Positions 9,921 to 19,553 of a DNA stretch of 64,000 nucleotides are shown here, one piece after another (positions within the stretch are counted from its first letter, which is position 1; each line of letters begins with the position of its first letter). The DNA is from an uncultured virus (IMG/VR IMGVR_UViG_3300010048_000003) (taxonomy: Duplodnaviria; Heunggongvirae; Uroviricota; Caudoviricetes). Location: IMG/VR virus record IMGVR_UViG_3300010048_000003; one strand, given 5' to 3'. The position numbers were made by a program, and so were the translations under genes. Below the pieces are notes generated by a model. It saw only the letters and a program-made list of their open reading frames with translations. It did not search any database and was not told the DNA's origin.

Positions 9921-10730
9921 TCAGAGGCGATCAAGACTGCCTCCATGTATTGCGGAGGCTTCCTGCCAGCCCGGGATGAAGTCATCGAGCATGCGCTGCC
10001 AGGCTGTCCTGAGCGGTTTATCAGGTGTGTTCGTGTAGTCTGGCCACATGCCGTGAATGATGGTCATACACTCTCGCTCGGCGGCCGTGCGCTTCTCTGG
10101 CGCCCTGAAGCGTGTATTGATACCGCCGGGCGCATAGCGCTTGCCGATTGGGTCAACCTTGACATCACAGTGAACGAGCCACGGAATTCCGTTCTTGATT
10201 CCGTGCCGTGCTAGTTCAGCATCCTCGCCGAGTGAGTGTAGCCTGATGTCAAAGTTTCCGCAATCAAGTGTTTTGCTGATGTTCAGGGCGAACACCTGGA
10301 ATCCCCAGCCACCCGGACATAGGATAGGTCCGTGATTACGGGATACCGCGCCCTGAGACATCAGGTCGTGAATGCTACGTGTTGCGCCAATGCCCAGGAC
10401 GCCTGGTTTCTTGGCTTCCTCCAGGAGTTCGTACATGTCTGTGCCGTTCTTCGGGCGCAGGTCATCGTCAGCCATGATGATGGCATCGAGAGCGGTACGG
10501 CTAGCGTGCTTGACACAGTAGTTGCGAACATAGCCAATACCGCGACCGTTCGATGGAGTGGGCAGGATGTAGACTTCCTTGCCCCACTTCATCTCTCGCT
10601 TGACGGCGGTATAGGTGGCGTACTCGTACCGGTCAACTACCAGCCTGACCTGTAGGTCTTGCTCAAGCCAGTACGGCACCACAGTCCTGATGTTGCCGGT
10701 ACGGCCCATAGTTGGAATGTAGACGACCAT
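9921..10730 (-). CDS. Glycosyltransferase, TET-associated (TAGT/GREB1-like) GT-A type
   Basis: VYIPTMGR, GIGYVRN, IIMADDD, GED and PGG motifs in the order typical of TAGT-like enzymes. Confidence 0.7.
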   Translation of the reverse strand: MVVYIPTMGRTGNIRTVVPYWLEQDLQVRLVVDRYEYATYTAVKREMKWGKEVYILPTPSNGRGIGYVRNYCVKHASRTALDAIIMADDDLRPKNGTDMYELLEEAKKPGVLGIGATRSIHDLMSQGAVSRNHGPILCPGGWGFQVFALNISKTLDCGNFDIRLHSLGEDAELARHGIKNGIPWLVHCDVKVDPIGKRYAPGGINTRFRAPEKRTAAERECMTIIHGMWPDYTNTPDKPLRTAWQRMLDDFIPGWQEASAIHGGSLDRL

Positions 10731-10738
10731 ACAACCTC

Positions 10739-11317
10739 CTATCCCTTACTGCGGCACTCGGGTCCAATCCCGAGTTCGCGCGATGTCTGATCCGTAAGGT
10801 GCCTGTTGCACCTTCGGCATCGGCCTAGCTCGACGCCGTAGCGCGTGCCGCAGACATCGATGCCTTCTGCTAGGATTGCTTCGAGCGCGGCAAACCTCGT
10901 GTCGCGGCTGACGTTCATGTCCGGCTTGCCGCCGACGATCCGCTTCACGAACGTACGACCAGCATACGTACCCTGCTCCGGCCGGTCAACTCGCCAGAAG
11001 TCGAAGTCCTGGTTGCCGGTAAGGCTCTTGGTCGCGTAGTGTCCGCGCGGGATTCCGCTGTACCGCTCGTTGTCAATTGCTATCTTGGGAGCCGTGATCT
11101 TCTCGGGGCATTGGCCTATGTGTGAAACTTGCCAGCCGTTCTCGGTCTTGTCGATCCTACCGGCTTCGGCCGGTACGTTGTTCTTACACTTGCAGCACGT
11201 TCCGGCGTACCGGTTTGACCGGTAGGCCTGCTTCACTGGCGCAGGCTGGCTGAAGCATGTCCGCACTTCGTCGATTGTGTCATGGTAATGAGCGCCATTA
11301 CCGCACTTAATCGGCAT
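10739..11317 (-). CDS. Zinc-finger protein, DUF6011-like C-terminus
   Basis: GRCRRCNRHLTDQTSRELGIGPEC. Confidence 0.7.
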   Translation of the reverse strand: MPIKCGNGAHYHDTIDEVRTCFSQPAPVKQAYRSNRYAGTCCKCKNNVPAEAGRIDKTENGWQVSHIGQCPEKITAPKIAIDNERYSGIPRGHYATKSLTGNQDFDFWRVDRPEQGTYAGRTFVKRIVGGKPDMNVSRDTRFAALEAILAEGIDVCGTRYGVELGRCRRCNRHLTDQTSRELGIGPECRSKG

Positions 11318-11352
11318 TTAAACTCCTGATTCTCCGCTCGCTTTCTAGTTAG

Positions 11353-11381
11353 ATCTTACCCTAACTCGGCGCTGAAGTCTA
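11353..11381 (-). promoter_or_regulatory. sigma70-like promoter
   Basis: TAGACT-N17-TAAGAT. Confidence 0.6.
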
Positions 11382-11391
11382 GTCCAATCCT

Positions 11392-11631
11392 CTACCAGCC
11401 GCGATGACCGGGGAACCCGTGCTTTAGCTTGCGCTGTTTGCGTTGTATACGGACGTAGTTCTTGCGATTGCGCTTAGCATTGCGGCATTCAGTATGCCCT
11501 ATGCCGGAGCATTTGTTACATATACAGCTTTGCCAGGAAGTATCCCAACAGAAGAAGCACTTACATCTACACACCCCATCAAGGTTCATTGGGTGGAATA
11601 GCTTGTGTCTGAAAAACCTCTGGATGTACAT
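11392..11631 (-). CDS. Cys-rich basic hypothetical protein
   Basis: Abutting ORF in the leftward gene run. Confidence 0.5.
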   Translation of the reverse strand: MYIQRFFRHKLFHPMNLDGVCRCKCFFCWDTSWQSCICNKCSGIGHTECRNAKRNRKNYVRIQRKQRKLKHGFPGHRGW

Positions 11632-11852
11632 TATCGTGCTTTGACAATCTCTACATAATATGTGTCGTCGTAGATTTCCTCCCAGCTGTCCTGTACCTGC
11701 TTGGCCTTGTAGTATGAGTCTACAGTTCTCCTCTTGACTTCGCGGCCATTAGCTCGCCGGAGTATTGCGATATGCTTGTTCTTCTGCTCGGCACGGCCAT
11801 CCCTGTTTTCGCCTCGCATGGCCCGGCTGCTGTGAGATCTGTTGAGTGCCAT
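11631..11852 (-). CDS. Hypothetical protein
   Basis: TAATG coupling on both sides. Confidence 0.55.
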   Translation of the reverse strand: MALNRSHSSRAMRGENRDGRAEQKNKHIAILRRANGREVKRRTVDSYYKAKQVQDSWEEIYDDTYYVEIVKAR

Positions 11853-12235
11853 TAGTCTATGATCCCGTTGTCTCGCATCGCTTGTTCATCCATTCCTCCC
11901 ATGATCTGCTCATCGAGCGGAGTAATGGTCACCGCTGCAGTAGCGGCGCCATTTTTCACACATGTACTGCAGGAGACGCTCGGGTGATGAATACACTCAT
12001 CACATGCCCACTTAATGCGGACGTGCTCCTGCTGGCAGATTGCCTTATACTGCCTGGTCGTCGGGTTGCCGCATGGAATCTTGAGCGGGCCGGTTAGAAC
12101 CTCGCACTGCTTTGTTGCGCTTGCGACGCCTTCCTGTACCATATTCGTGATCCTTTCGTAGTGGTTCGAGCCATGCCAGGAATTCATCAATTTCCTGATC
12201 GATGCGCTGCTCCTTTTGATTGTACCAGATCATCA

Positions 12236-12442
12236 TTATCCTTCCGCTAGGGAAATGTATTTCGGGAGTGCTTCCCAGAGTTCTAGTTCATCGCTGTCAG
12301 TTACATATATCAGGTACCATCCTTCCTTATCAAAATCATCATAATGCGTAGGCAATATCGCATGTACAACTCCTTCGTGTGTGTATACATCTTCGACATT
12401 GATGATGATTCTAGTCCCCTCTGGGAATGGATGTATAACCAT
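12236..12442 (-). CDS. Hypothetical protein
   Basis: Coupled ORF in the leftward run. Confidence 0.5.
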   Translation of the reverse strand: MVIHPFPEGTRIIINVEDVYTHEGVVHAILPTHYDDFDKEGWYLIYVTDSDELELWEALPKYISLAEG

Positions 12443-12663
12443 TCTTCTGACACCTTGACCCAGAAGTGTCGTGGGCCGCCGGACTTCATGAAGAAGCTGA
12501 TGCGGGTGCCTTGTGGCGTTACCGGAGTGACTTTCATGTGATCGACACCCTCCGGCAATCCGAGAGTCTTGAACGTCGGCAGGTCTGAGTTATCGGCCGT
12601 GAGGAATAGCTGGATGTGATTCCTAACGAAGTCACGTACTGGGTCACGGAGCTTACCACTCAT
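12310..12663 (-). CDS. Hypothetical protein (in-frame TTA at 12436-12438 at the junction with the next gene)
   Basis: AGGAG RBS; the ORF runs about 130 nt into the next gene after the TTA. Confidence 0.55.
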   Translation of the reverse strand: MSGKLRDPVRDFVRNHIQLFLTADNSDLPTFKTLGLPEGVDHMKVTPVTPQGTRISFFMKSGGPRHFWVKVSEEWLYIHSQRGLESSSMSKMYTHTKELYMRYCLRIMMILIRKDGT

Positions 12664-12829
12664 ATTCTGTTCTCCTAGAGGTAGTTGTGTACTATCTCGA
12701 CATAGTCCTCAGTCAAGATGATCGTGATGATGATGCCGTTCATTGCGCCAAGCTTGAGGCTGGCTATGTATAGAAACTGACAGGTTCGAAGGATGAACCA
12801 GATCTCATCGATTAGCCTGTCACTATGGT

Positions 12830-13084
12830 TCATAGCAGATCGCTTGTCTTGACGTTGCTTGGCGCGGTATAGATACTGCTGCGTGTGCCTGAAAACTGGC
12901 TAATCGTCCTGAGGCGAGCAGTAACGCCAGGGTGGGCATCATCCATATGCTTCTGGAGAGCGGCCATTGCCTGGCGCGGAGCACTAACACTCTGGCTGCC
13001 GAATGGTAGTGGACTATGTATCGGGCATGTGAACTGCCATACCCCATCTTTGATATGGGTAGCAGTTAGTACTTCGAGTGCCAT
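12830..13084 (-). CDS. Hypothetical protein with C/H metal-binding residues
   Basis: Directly downstream of a promoter and RBS. Confidence 0.55.
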   Translation of the reverse strand: MALEVLTATHIKDGVWQFTCPIHSPLPFGSQSVSAPRQAMAALQKHMDDAHPGVTARLRTISQFSGTRSSIYTAPSNVKTSDLL

Positions 13085-13110
13085 TGTCGTCCTTCCTAGG
13101 CGCTACGCCT

Positions 13111-13140
13111 ATTATACCGTACCACGGCGTTTGCCGGGAA
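13111..13140 (-). promoter_or_regulatory. sigma70-like promoter
   Basis: TTCCCG-N18-TATAAT followed by GTAGCG. Confidence 0.55.
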
Positions 13141-13348
13141 GCGATCCCGACTTTTCAAACTCCTCTCTTTTCTTGTCGTACTCTGCGCGGATCTCTTCTG
13201 TTGCCCGGTAGTACTCGGTCATGTCGATGTTGCCTGCGGCAAGGATCTTCTCCAGCCTGTACTCGGCCGCGTCTGCGGCGAGTTGTGCCCGCTCATGATT
13301 GCGGAACGCGCTGACGGCGATGTCTGTAATAGAGCTTGAGACGGTCAT
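13112..13348 (-). CDS. Hypothetical protein
   Basis: GGAGG RBS before MTVSSS. Confidence 0.55.
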   Translation of the reverse strand: MTVSSSITDIAVSAFRNHERAQLAADAAEYRLEKILAAGNIDMTEYYRATEEIRAEYDKKREEFEKSGSLPGKRRGTV

Positions 13349-13471
13349 TGTTCCTCCTGTAGTTGTGCTAGCCACGACACCGGGTGGTGGGTCGCTGGGT
13401 CCTTTGCGGCCGTCCCCTTCACCTGCTAGCTCTCACGTACCGCCTCCCGTGTATGTGAGTGCTCAATATAG

Positions 13472-13624
13472 TTACTTGATGACTACGTGACCCTGCTCGG
13501 CGAGCTTCTGTGCTTCCTGGAGTATGGTCTTGAGACCTTCAGTGCCGTTGACAGGACCACGTGCATCTACAGTGATGTCTCCGGCTTCGCCAACGGTGAT
13601 CAGCACCGTGATCCTGCGTGCCAT
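13472..13624 (-). CDS. Small hypothetical protein (50 aa)
   Basis: Manual translation MARRITVLITVGEAGD...; GAGGGG RBS; downstream of a promoter. Confidence 0.55.
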   Translation of the reverse strand: MARRITVLITVGEAGDITVDARGPVNGTEGLKTILQEAQKLAEQGHVVIK

Positions 13625-13697
13625 ACCAACCCCTCTTTCAGGAGGGTAACCCTCCTCTTTTGACGCTTCCCTTTTCGGCGCTTCGCGCGCCTACCCT

Positions 13698-13726
13698 AGT
13701 ATACCGCTGCCAGGGCCGTAGCGGAA
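13698..13726 (-). promoter_or_regulatory. sigma70-like promoter
   Basis: TTCCGC-N17-TATACT. Confidence 0.6.
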
Positions 13727-13760
13727 GCCCTAGCCGTTTTGAGTTTAGGCTAGGGCTTCC
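13723..13760 (-). terminator. Hairpin, probable terminator
   Basis: GGAAGCCCTAGCC...GGCTAGGGCTTCC 13-bp inverted repeat after the DUF2786-like gene. Confidence 0.5.
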
Positions 13761-13791
13761 CTACCGGCGCGCGGAGCCGACGCCGCTACGG

Positions 13792-14745
13792 CTATGACAG
13801 GGCCTTGTGGTTCCCGCTTGTCGCTTCCGGGTTCAGCTTGGCTGTGTTGGCGTGGCCGACGCCCTTGCCGTAGGCCGTGGCGTTGTAGACTGTTTTCTTG
13901 CCGGCCATGGCCCGGGCATTCGGGAAGTCATCAGACATGGCGGCGGCGATGTTCTGACTCTTGTCTGCGAGCACCAATTCCGCGCCGGAGCCACGCTGGC
14001 CGGATATCTCACGCAGGCGCTGCTTGATCCTGGCGAGGTAGCCGCTGGCTGCGTTCCGTCGGTAGGTCATGCTACCGTTCGGCGCGACCCGCACCGCCTG
14101 TTCGCCGCGCCGCTTGATCTCCCGGTTATAGGCGGCCTTGATGACCCCGATAGCCTGGGACCAGGGCTTCCGCTCCCCGGTATTCCGGTTGACGTACATG
14201 TTAACCGGCTCATGAGACTCTGGCGGAACCTGGTACCAGCCATACGCCTTGGCAATGTCGAACCAGTTGAGCCCGGCGTTGTGGAGCTCATAGGCGTTCT
14301 GTTCCAGTGTCTTGTTCGGGTCTGGCTGCGGGAAGATCGCGCCTGACATGTGGAGGAACAGGCTGGTGTAGAGCAGTTCGAAGTACCGCAGGTCAGACTC
14401 GTAGCCGTACACCCAGCAGTAGTCGCGGCCGGTGGTTGACCCAGCGCTGATCCAGATGGAGGAGCACTTACAGAAGCTGGAGACGATGTTGACGAGCGTT
14501 GCCATCTCCGTGAGGAATGGGTTGTCCGAGTCGCTGAGTTCGATGCGTATGCGAGTCGGCTTGGCGGCGACAGGTGCCTTGCGCATCGTCTGCCATTCCT
14601 CGACGGCATACTTCTGCATCATGGCATCAGCCCGTTCGCGACAGGCATTCGCCTCATGAGCCGCGTTGGGGTCCTTGGACATCTCCAGAGACTCAGCCTT
14701 GGCGATCAGGCCGCGAATCTTGTCCAGTACTCCTGCGAGTTCCAT
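13792..14745 (-). CDS. DUF2786-domain protein
   Basis: LDKIRGLIAKAES...EANACRERADAMMQKYAV; VYGYESD. Confidence 0.75.
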   Translation of the reverse strand: MELAGVLDKIRGLIAKAESLEMSKDPNAAHEANACRERADAMMQKYAVEEWQTMRKAPVAAKPTRIRIELSDSDNPFLTEMATLVNIVSSFCKCSSIWISAGSTTGRDYCWVYGYESDLRYFELLYTSLFLHMSGAIFPQPDPNKTLEQNAYELHNAGLNWFDIAKAYGWYQVPPESHEPVNMYVNRNTGERKPWSQAIGVIKAAYNREIKRRGEQAVRVAPNGSMTYRRNAASGYLARIKQRLREISGQRGSGAELVLADKSQNIAAAMSDDFPNARAMAGKKTVYNATAYGKGVGHANTAKLNPEATSGNHKALS

Positions 14746-14751
14746 TGTCTC

Positions 14752-15051
14752 CTACTTCTTGGTGTCGTTGTTAGTCGGGCGCTCACGATCAGCTATGACG
14801 ATGGTGTCTGGCTTGGTCTCGCTGATCTCGTCAGTGTTCGGGTAGTAGCCACGAACATACTGACCGACCGCGCCATGCCGGAGTTCACCGCCGTTCAGGC
14901 GCGGCTCGATGATGACCTGGCCGTTGGCGATGTTAGGGCTGACCCACTCGACATCATCCATCGTCGCGAGTTGCGATGCGTGGTAGACGTGCGTAGTGCC
15001 GAAGATGACCGGTGTCGACTGGCCATGGAACTTGACGAGTACATAGAACAT
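14752..15051 (-). CDS. Hypothetical protein
   Basis: TAATG-coupled ORF. Confidence 0.55.
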   Translation of the reverse strand: MFYVLVKFHGQSTPVIFGTTHVYHASQLATMDDVEWVSPNIANGQVIIEPRLNGGELRHGAVGQYVRGYYPNTDEISETKPDTIVIADRERPTNNDTKK

Positions 15052-15395
15052 TACTGCTCCCTATCTGGTGGGGTGTATTCACCCTTCACGATTAGTGTCA
15101 CCCAGACGTCGCCGCTGGCGTCGTATGGGTTGATTGATGCGACTTCCAGTTCTTCATTGTTCAATGAGAACCTGATCGAGGTGTCTGGCGCGGTATCAAT
15201 GAGAACTATGCTGAGTTCCTCTTTAGTGATCTCCATGTTCTCTCTCTGCTTGTTTGCGCTCGATGAACGCATCCATTGTTTCCATGTCTGGTGCGACGTA
15301 CATGAACTCATCGAGACATGCGTCGCACCAGGCGACATTATAGAACTTGGTGAGTAGCTGCCCGCAGCATAGGCATACGGGCAGCACCGGAATCG

Positions 15396-15686
15396 TCACA
15401 CTTCCTCGAAGCCGCACTCAGGGTCATCCTGGTACGGCTTCATCCTGATTGTCTTGCCGATCTCGCCGCCCTGCTCATAGTAGTCGTCGATCAGGGACAC
15501 GTACGAGATGAAGTCATCCTGGACGTCAACGAACTCGCCGTTGAACAGCAGGTAGCTGTTCTCATCCTTGGTCGATGAGATCTCCAGTACGGCGCCAGGA
15601 CCTTCGACCTGTTGGACGCGGTAGACGCCCTCACTGGTCTCGGTGACGTCGACCGGCTCGGTGATGGCCCATTCGAAACTGTTCAC
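15396..15686 (-). CDS. Acidic hypothetical protein
   Basis: GGAG RBS; GTGA overlap. Confidence 0.55.
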   Translation of the reverse strand: MNSFEWAITEPVDVTETSEGVYRVQQVEGPGAVLEISSTKDENSYLLFNGEFVDVQDDFISYVSLIDDYYEQGGEIGKTIRMKPYQDDPECGFEEV

Positions 15687-15955
15687 TTTTCTCCTTGGTA
15701 GTGCTTGATGACGGCGACGATGATCCATAGCGGAACAACCGCAATCTGTAGTGCCCAGACAAACGCTAGCGAGCCAAGCCATACAGCATAGATCGCTACG
15801 TAGATCACGAACATGAAGCTGATGATCAGCAACCAGAGTCCACAGCCGGCATAGATCCTAGGCAGGTGAACACTCATGACTGCGTCACTCATACTGCGGT
15901 TGATATTCCTGCTCGCCGTTGGGGCGAACCAGAAGACGCCATTGACGTCGTCCAT
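15683..15955 (-). CDS. Membrane protein
   Basis: Two hydrophobic segments. Confidence 0.6.
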   Translation of the reverse strand: MDDVNGVFWFAPTASRNINRSMSDAVMSVHLPRIYAGCGLWLLIISFMFVIYVAIYAVWLGSLAFVWALQIAVVPLWIIVAVIKHYQGEK

Positions 15956-15994
15956 CTCATTCCCTTTTCTGTCTCGCGGTTTCCCGCTACGCCT

Positions 15995-16023
15995 AGTATA
16001 CCCGGTCAGCGGGCCTGAAGCGA
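15995..16023 (-). promoter_or_regulatory. sigma70-like promoter
   Basis: TCGCTT-N17-TATACT. Confidence 0.65.
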
Positions 16024-16140
16024 ATATTGTTTCCGGTCTGTCAGCGCCCGGATTCCCGGGCGTACCGTCCTACCGGCCGCCGCGCGGCATCCCCTGACAG
16101 AAGCTGCGCAGCGGCCTGACAACGATTGCTCCGGGCCGTC

Positions 16141-17133
16141 CTACCGGAGTCCGGTTCGCTTGCGCTTGACGTCTCCAAGTGGGAGCAGTGTCGGCAGCTC
16201 TCGCTTTGGCTTCTTGGGAGCGACACTGTCGAGTCCGAATGCCGCGCCAAGGCTGCCATCTCGTGGCCGGACGGTCGCGGAGTTGACTCGTACTGTCTCG
16301 CCTGTTGGGCTGCCTTCGTCATCCAGGATCTGATCATCCCAGCTGCATGGCTCAATGTAGTAGCCGAAGCTGTCGAACCCAGGCCCATACTTGGACTTCT
16401 CACTAGACACGGTAGCGTGCTGAAGTCCGTTGATCATGCCGTCCGGCTCCATCTTGATGACGAAGTCGGCTGAGTTGAACAGCCGCTTGGCGCCGAGCAT
16501 CTCACGGCCATCCTTGGTTGGATGAGCTACGGCGAGCACGACGCAGTCGAGTTCACGAGCCATCATCTTCATGCCCTGGACGACTCGGTTGGCCGAGGCA
16601 TCATTGGAGATGGACAAGGATGGAGTGAAGTCGGCCAGTGAATCGAGGATGACCAGCGCTAGGTCTGGAACCTGCTTGAGAACGTCGATTGCGTTCCGCA
16701 AGCTCTGGCTCATCCTGCCGGAGTTCTCAAGCGGCATCACGAACGGGTCAGTCATGAAGTACAGGTTATCGTCTGTATACTCGGGCAGACCGTCGAGCCA
16801 TGCGCTGGCTGCTTCGTCATCGTTCGTGTTGACTGCGAGTCGCGCTGCCACATTGAGCCGGTCATCACGTTCCCGAGCCAGTCGTGCCTGCTTGCGAACG
16901 CCTGCGTCATACAGGCCTTCACCTAGACAGACGACGACTGAACCCTTGGCAGTTTTCCTGCCGAAGAACTCTGTGCCGTTCGCGATGGCTAGCGCTAGCT
17001 CGCCATTGACGAGCAGTGACTTGCCCCACCTTGACTCGCCCCAGAGGAATCCTGTCCCGATGAATGGGATCATTCCTTCAACCAGATATTCTGGCGGGCT
17101 GGTATCAAGATCTTCCGCATTCACCAGCGGCAT
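16141..17133 (-). CDS. RepA/AAA_25-like ATPase (helicase-like)
   Basis: YLVEGMIP, Walker A GESRWGKS, Walker B VILDS, VAHPTK. Confidence 0.8.
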   Translation of the reverse strand: MPLVNAEDLDTSPPEYLVEGMIPFIGTGFLWGESRWGKSLLVNGELALAIANGTEFFGRKTAKGSVVVCLGEGLYDAGVRKQARLARERDDRLNVAARLAVNTNDDEAASAWLDGLPEYTDDNLYFMTDPFVMPLENSGRMSQSLRNAIDVLKQVPDLALVILDSLADFTPSLSISNDASANRVVQGMKMMARELDCVVLAVAHPTKDGREMLGAKRLFNSADFVIKMEPDGMINGLQHATVSSEKSKYGPGFDSFGYYIEPCSWDDQILDDEGSPTGETVRVNSATVRPRDGSLGAAFGLDSVAPKKPKRELPTLLPLGDVKRKRTGLR

Positions 17134-17176
17134 CTCTTCACTTCCCTCCCTGTCCGCGCGTTTCCGCGCTACGCTA

Positions 17177-17205
17177 ATTATACCTTATCAGAGTCCGCTG
17201 CGGTA
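17177..17205 (-). promoter_or_regulatory. sigma70-like promoter
   Basis: TACCGC-N17-TATAAT. Confidence 0.6.
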
Positions 17206-17330
17206 GGGCTTGTTTAGGCCCTGTCAAGGCCGCGTCGCGACGGCGTACCCGAGTACGGGAGCCGTCGCGCACGGTTCTGACAGGAGCTGTTCAGTACTCT
17301 GACAGCGATTGCTAGCGGCGCGGACGCGCG

Positions 17331-17531
17331 CTAGGACGGGTTGCCGTAGCCGTGGCTAAATGGCCCGGCTCCTGGGTCATGTCGTGCGTGCTTGCCGACT
17401 GGCCTCATGGACTTGATCTGCTCAAGCGGGATCAGGTCCCATGTGCCATCCTCCTGCCTGATGAGGACCATAGCATTGGCCTCATCCTCGGACATCTCGC
17501 TGAGCCTGGCGATGACTTGTTCTTTGGTCAT
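17331..17531 (-). CDS. Hypothetical protein
   Basis: GAGGAG RBS before MTKEQV. Confidence 0.5.
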   Translation of the reverse strand: MTKEQVIARLSEMSEDEANAMVLIRQEDGTWDLIPLEQIKSMRPVGKHARHDPGAGPFSHGYGNPS

Positions 17532-17778
17532 GGCTACTCTCCTCGGCTTGAATGAGTGACGGAAATACCACGAGAGGTCATAATCCAGGAACCTGAATCT
17601 GGGTATGCGAACCACGTCCCTTCTTCAAATACCGCGACACCTCTCACGTTGTCCTCGGTATACTTGGGGCCATGAAGCAGCTCTGCGACTGCTTCGCGAA
17701 TTGACTGGTCAGTTGCTCTCTGGATCAAGTCCTTCCTGCCCCTCTTGACCTGGCCGTGCTTGTGCCCGAAGCTAGTCA

Positions 17779-18012
17779 TCACAGCCTTTCGTTGTCCTCG
17801 ATGACTAGCTCCAGTGCCATGCCGTCGACATGCCACTTGCCCTTGATGACCACGGTGAACGTCTCATCGCCGTGGACCTCAATGGAGTCAGTCGGCATCT
17901 CCATGAACTGAGCGATGTACCGGGCAATGGCGCTCTCAGCCACCAGGTCGATGTTGGTGTCTGGCTCGTGTTCGACGTCTGCCTCAGTAACTGAGAACCG
18001 CTTGTACTTCAT
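17779..18012 (-). CDS. Hypothetical protein
   Basis: MKYKRF start with ATGA overlap. Confidence 0.5.
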   Translation of the reverse strand: MKYKRFSVTEADVEHEPDTNIDLVAESAIARYIAQFMEMPTDSIEVHGDETFTVVIKGKWHVDGMALELVIEDNERL

Positions 18013-18497
18013 GCGGCGTCCGAGACGTTCAGGTCTGACGACTGGAAGTAGCCGTACGCCTTGCTGGCGATCATGACGATCCGCATGGTGGCGTCGTCGC
18101 TGGGGTCGATCTCCAGGCCTGGGTACTCCCTGGCGATCCACTGGGTGAACTGGACCATGGCGCGCGGGATTGGCTTGGCTGCCCACTGCTGGGCACCGGT
18201 CACGCGCTTCGTGCCGTTCGCCTTGGCCTTCCCCTTTTGGGCCGGTTGCGGCTCGTACTCCGGCAGATCGTCAGTGCAGTTCTTGAAGTCCATCTCCTCC
18301 CACAGGTATGGCTTGAAGCCTTCCTCATCCTTGTGGTCGTTGTTGATGTCGGACCAGTGGTCGGAAGCGAATGCCTCCTTGCTGGTCCAGTCGAACTGGC
18401 CCATCTCGATCTGGTCAGCCTCGCGAGGCTTGCGGTGGGAGCAGCCCTTGCGGTGGATGATGACTGAGTCGCTGACACGCCATGCCATGAGGAACAT
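18009..18497 (-). CDS. Hypothetical protein, paralog of 21313..21684
   Basis: Shared C-terminal IPRAMVxFTxWIAREYPGL...IASKAYxYFQSSDLNV. Confidence 0.75.
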   Translation of the reverse strand: MFLMAWRVSDSVIIHRKGCSHRKPREADQIEMGQFDWTSKEAFASDHWSDINNDHKDEEGFKPYLWEEMDFKNCTDDLPEYEPQPAQKGKAKANGTKRVTGAQQWAAKPIPRAMVQFTQWIAREYPGLEIDPSDDATMRIVMIASKAYGYFQSSDLNVSDAA

Positions 18498-18540
18498 GAT
18501 TTTCGCTTTCTGTTTGACGCGGGTCTTTCCCGCTACATCT

Positions 18541-18569
18541 AGGATAGCCGATGCTAAGGTGCTGCGCTA
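18541..18569 (-). promoter_or_regulatory. sigma70-like promoter
   Basis: TAGCGC-N17-TATCCT. Confidence 0.6.
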
Positions 18570-18596
18570 GGGCAGCACCCTAACAAATTCGGATTG

Positions 18597-18743
18597 TTAC
18601 TCTATGACGTCCTCGTCATCATACTCGTATTCCGGTGGATCTGGGTACATCTCGTCATAGATGCCCATTTCGACATCCTCTGGTGCCTCGAACAGCGGGC
18701 CTGGGTCGCCGTAGTTGTCGAGGTTGTCGTCAAAGCCCCTCAT
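18597..18743 (-). CDS. Very acidic 48-aa protein
   Basis: Manual translation MRGFDDNLDNYGDPGPLFEAPEDVEMGIYDEMYPDPPEYEYDDEDVIE. Confidence 0.55.
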   Translation of the reverse strand: MRGFDDNLDNYGDPGPLFEAPEDVEMGIYDEMYPDPPEYEYDDEDVIE

Positions 18744-19008
18744 TGTTGCCCATGACCTCTCTGGCCAGTTCTGGCCGGTTGGTGGCGACCTGGAACCAGC
18801 CGGTCACGTCGATCATGTCCTGCGTCAGCGGGCTCATGTTCTCTGCGACCGACGTTGGGTCGGCGATTGCGTCGGCTAGGCTGCGCAGGCAATCAGCAGC
18901 GAACTCACGTGACATTCCACAGGCAAGCGCGTGGCGCGTTGCGACAGTGGTCATCATCGTGAGCCAGTTGTAGTTGGTCTCTTCCTGGTCAGGGATTTCG
19001 GATGTCAT
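18730..19008 (-). CDS. Hypothetical protein
   Basis: GAGG RBS; lies in the early gene run. Confidence 0.55.
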   Translation of the reverse strand: MTSEIPDQEETNYNWLTMMTTVATRHALACGMSREFAADCLRSLADAIADPTSVAENMSPLTQDMIDVTGWFQVATNRPELAREVMGNNEGL

Positions 19009-19435
19009 CTGTCCTCTCCTCCAGTGTTAGGCAGATTCCGTTGATGACGTCAAGGATGTCGTCATCACTGACGCCTGCCTTGGCTGCCTTGTGTACGGCA
19101 GCAATCATCTCGTTGGCGAATGTCTCTAGCGGTGTCTCGTCCATGGGTTTCCTTCTGTTAGCAGCCGCAGCTTCCATTAACGGAGCGGTACTCGAAGCAG
19201 TCGTGGCACAGGTTTTGCTTCACGATCCTGAATCCGCCGTCAAACGCGCGGTCAGCGGCCTTGTCCGCCGCGATCATCGCGCGAATGCCGCCGGTCGGCC
19301 GACGGTCGACAACGAGGTCGACACGGTTCTGGATTCCGCCGTGGCGAGATCCGCTCGTGTATTGCGCCTTCACACTGTCTAGCATTCTATTTTCCATTTC
19401 TTCGATTGTCCGCGCCGTTTTCGGCGCTACGCTAA

Positions 19436-19464
19436 AGTATACCGCGCCAGGACGGGCTGCGCTA
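19436..19464 (-). promoter_or_regulatory. sigma70-like promoter
   Basis: TAGCGC-N17-TATACT. Confidence 0.65.
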
Positions 19465-19553
19465 GTGTTCAGTCCCTGAGCACGGAACAATCTCGAAACT
19501 TGTTTCCGCTGCGTCAGGAGGCAGTCCCTCTGCGGAGGGTACCCTCCTTGCGG

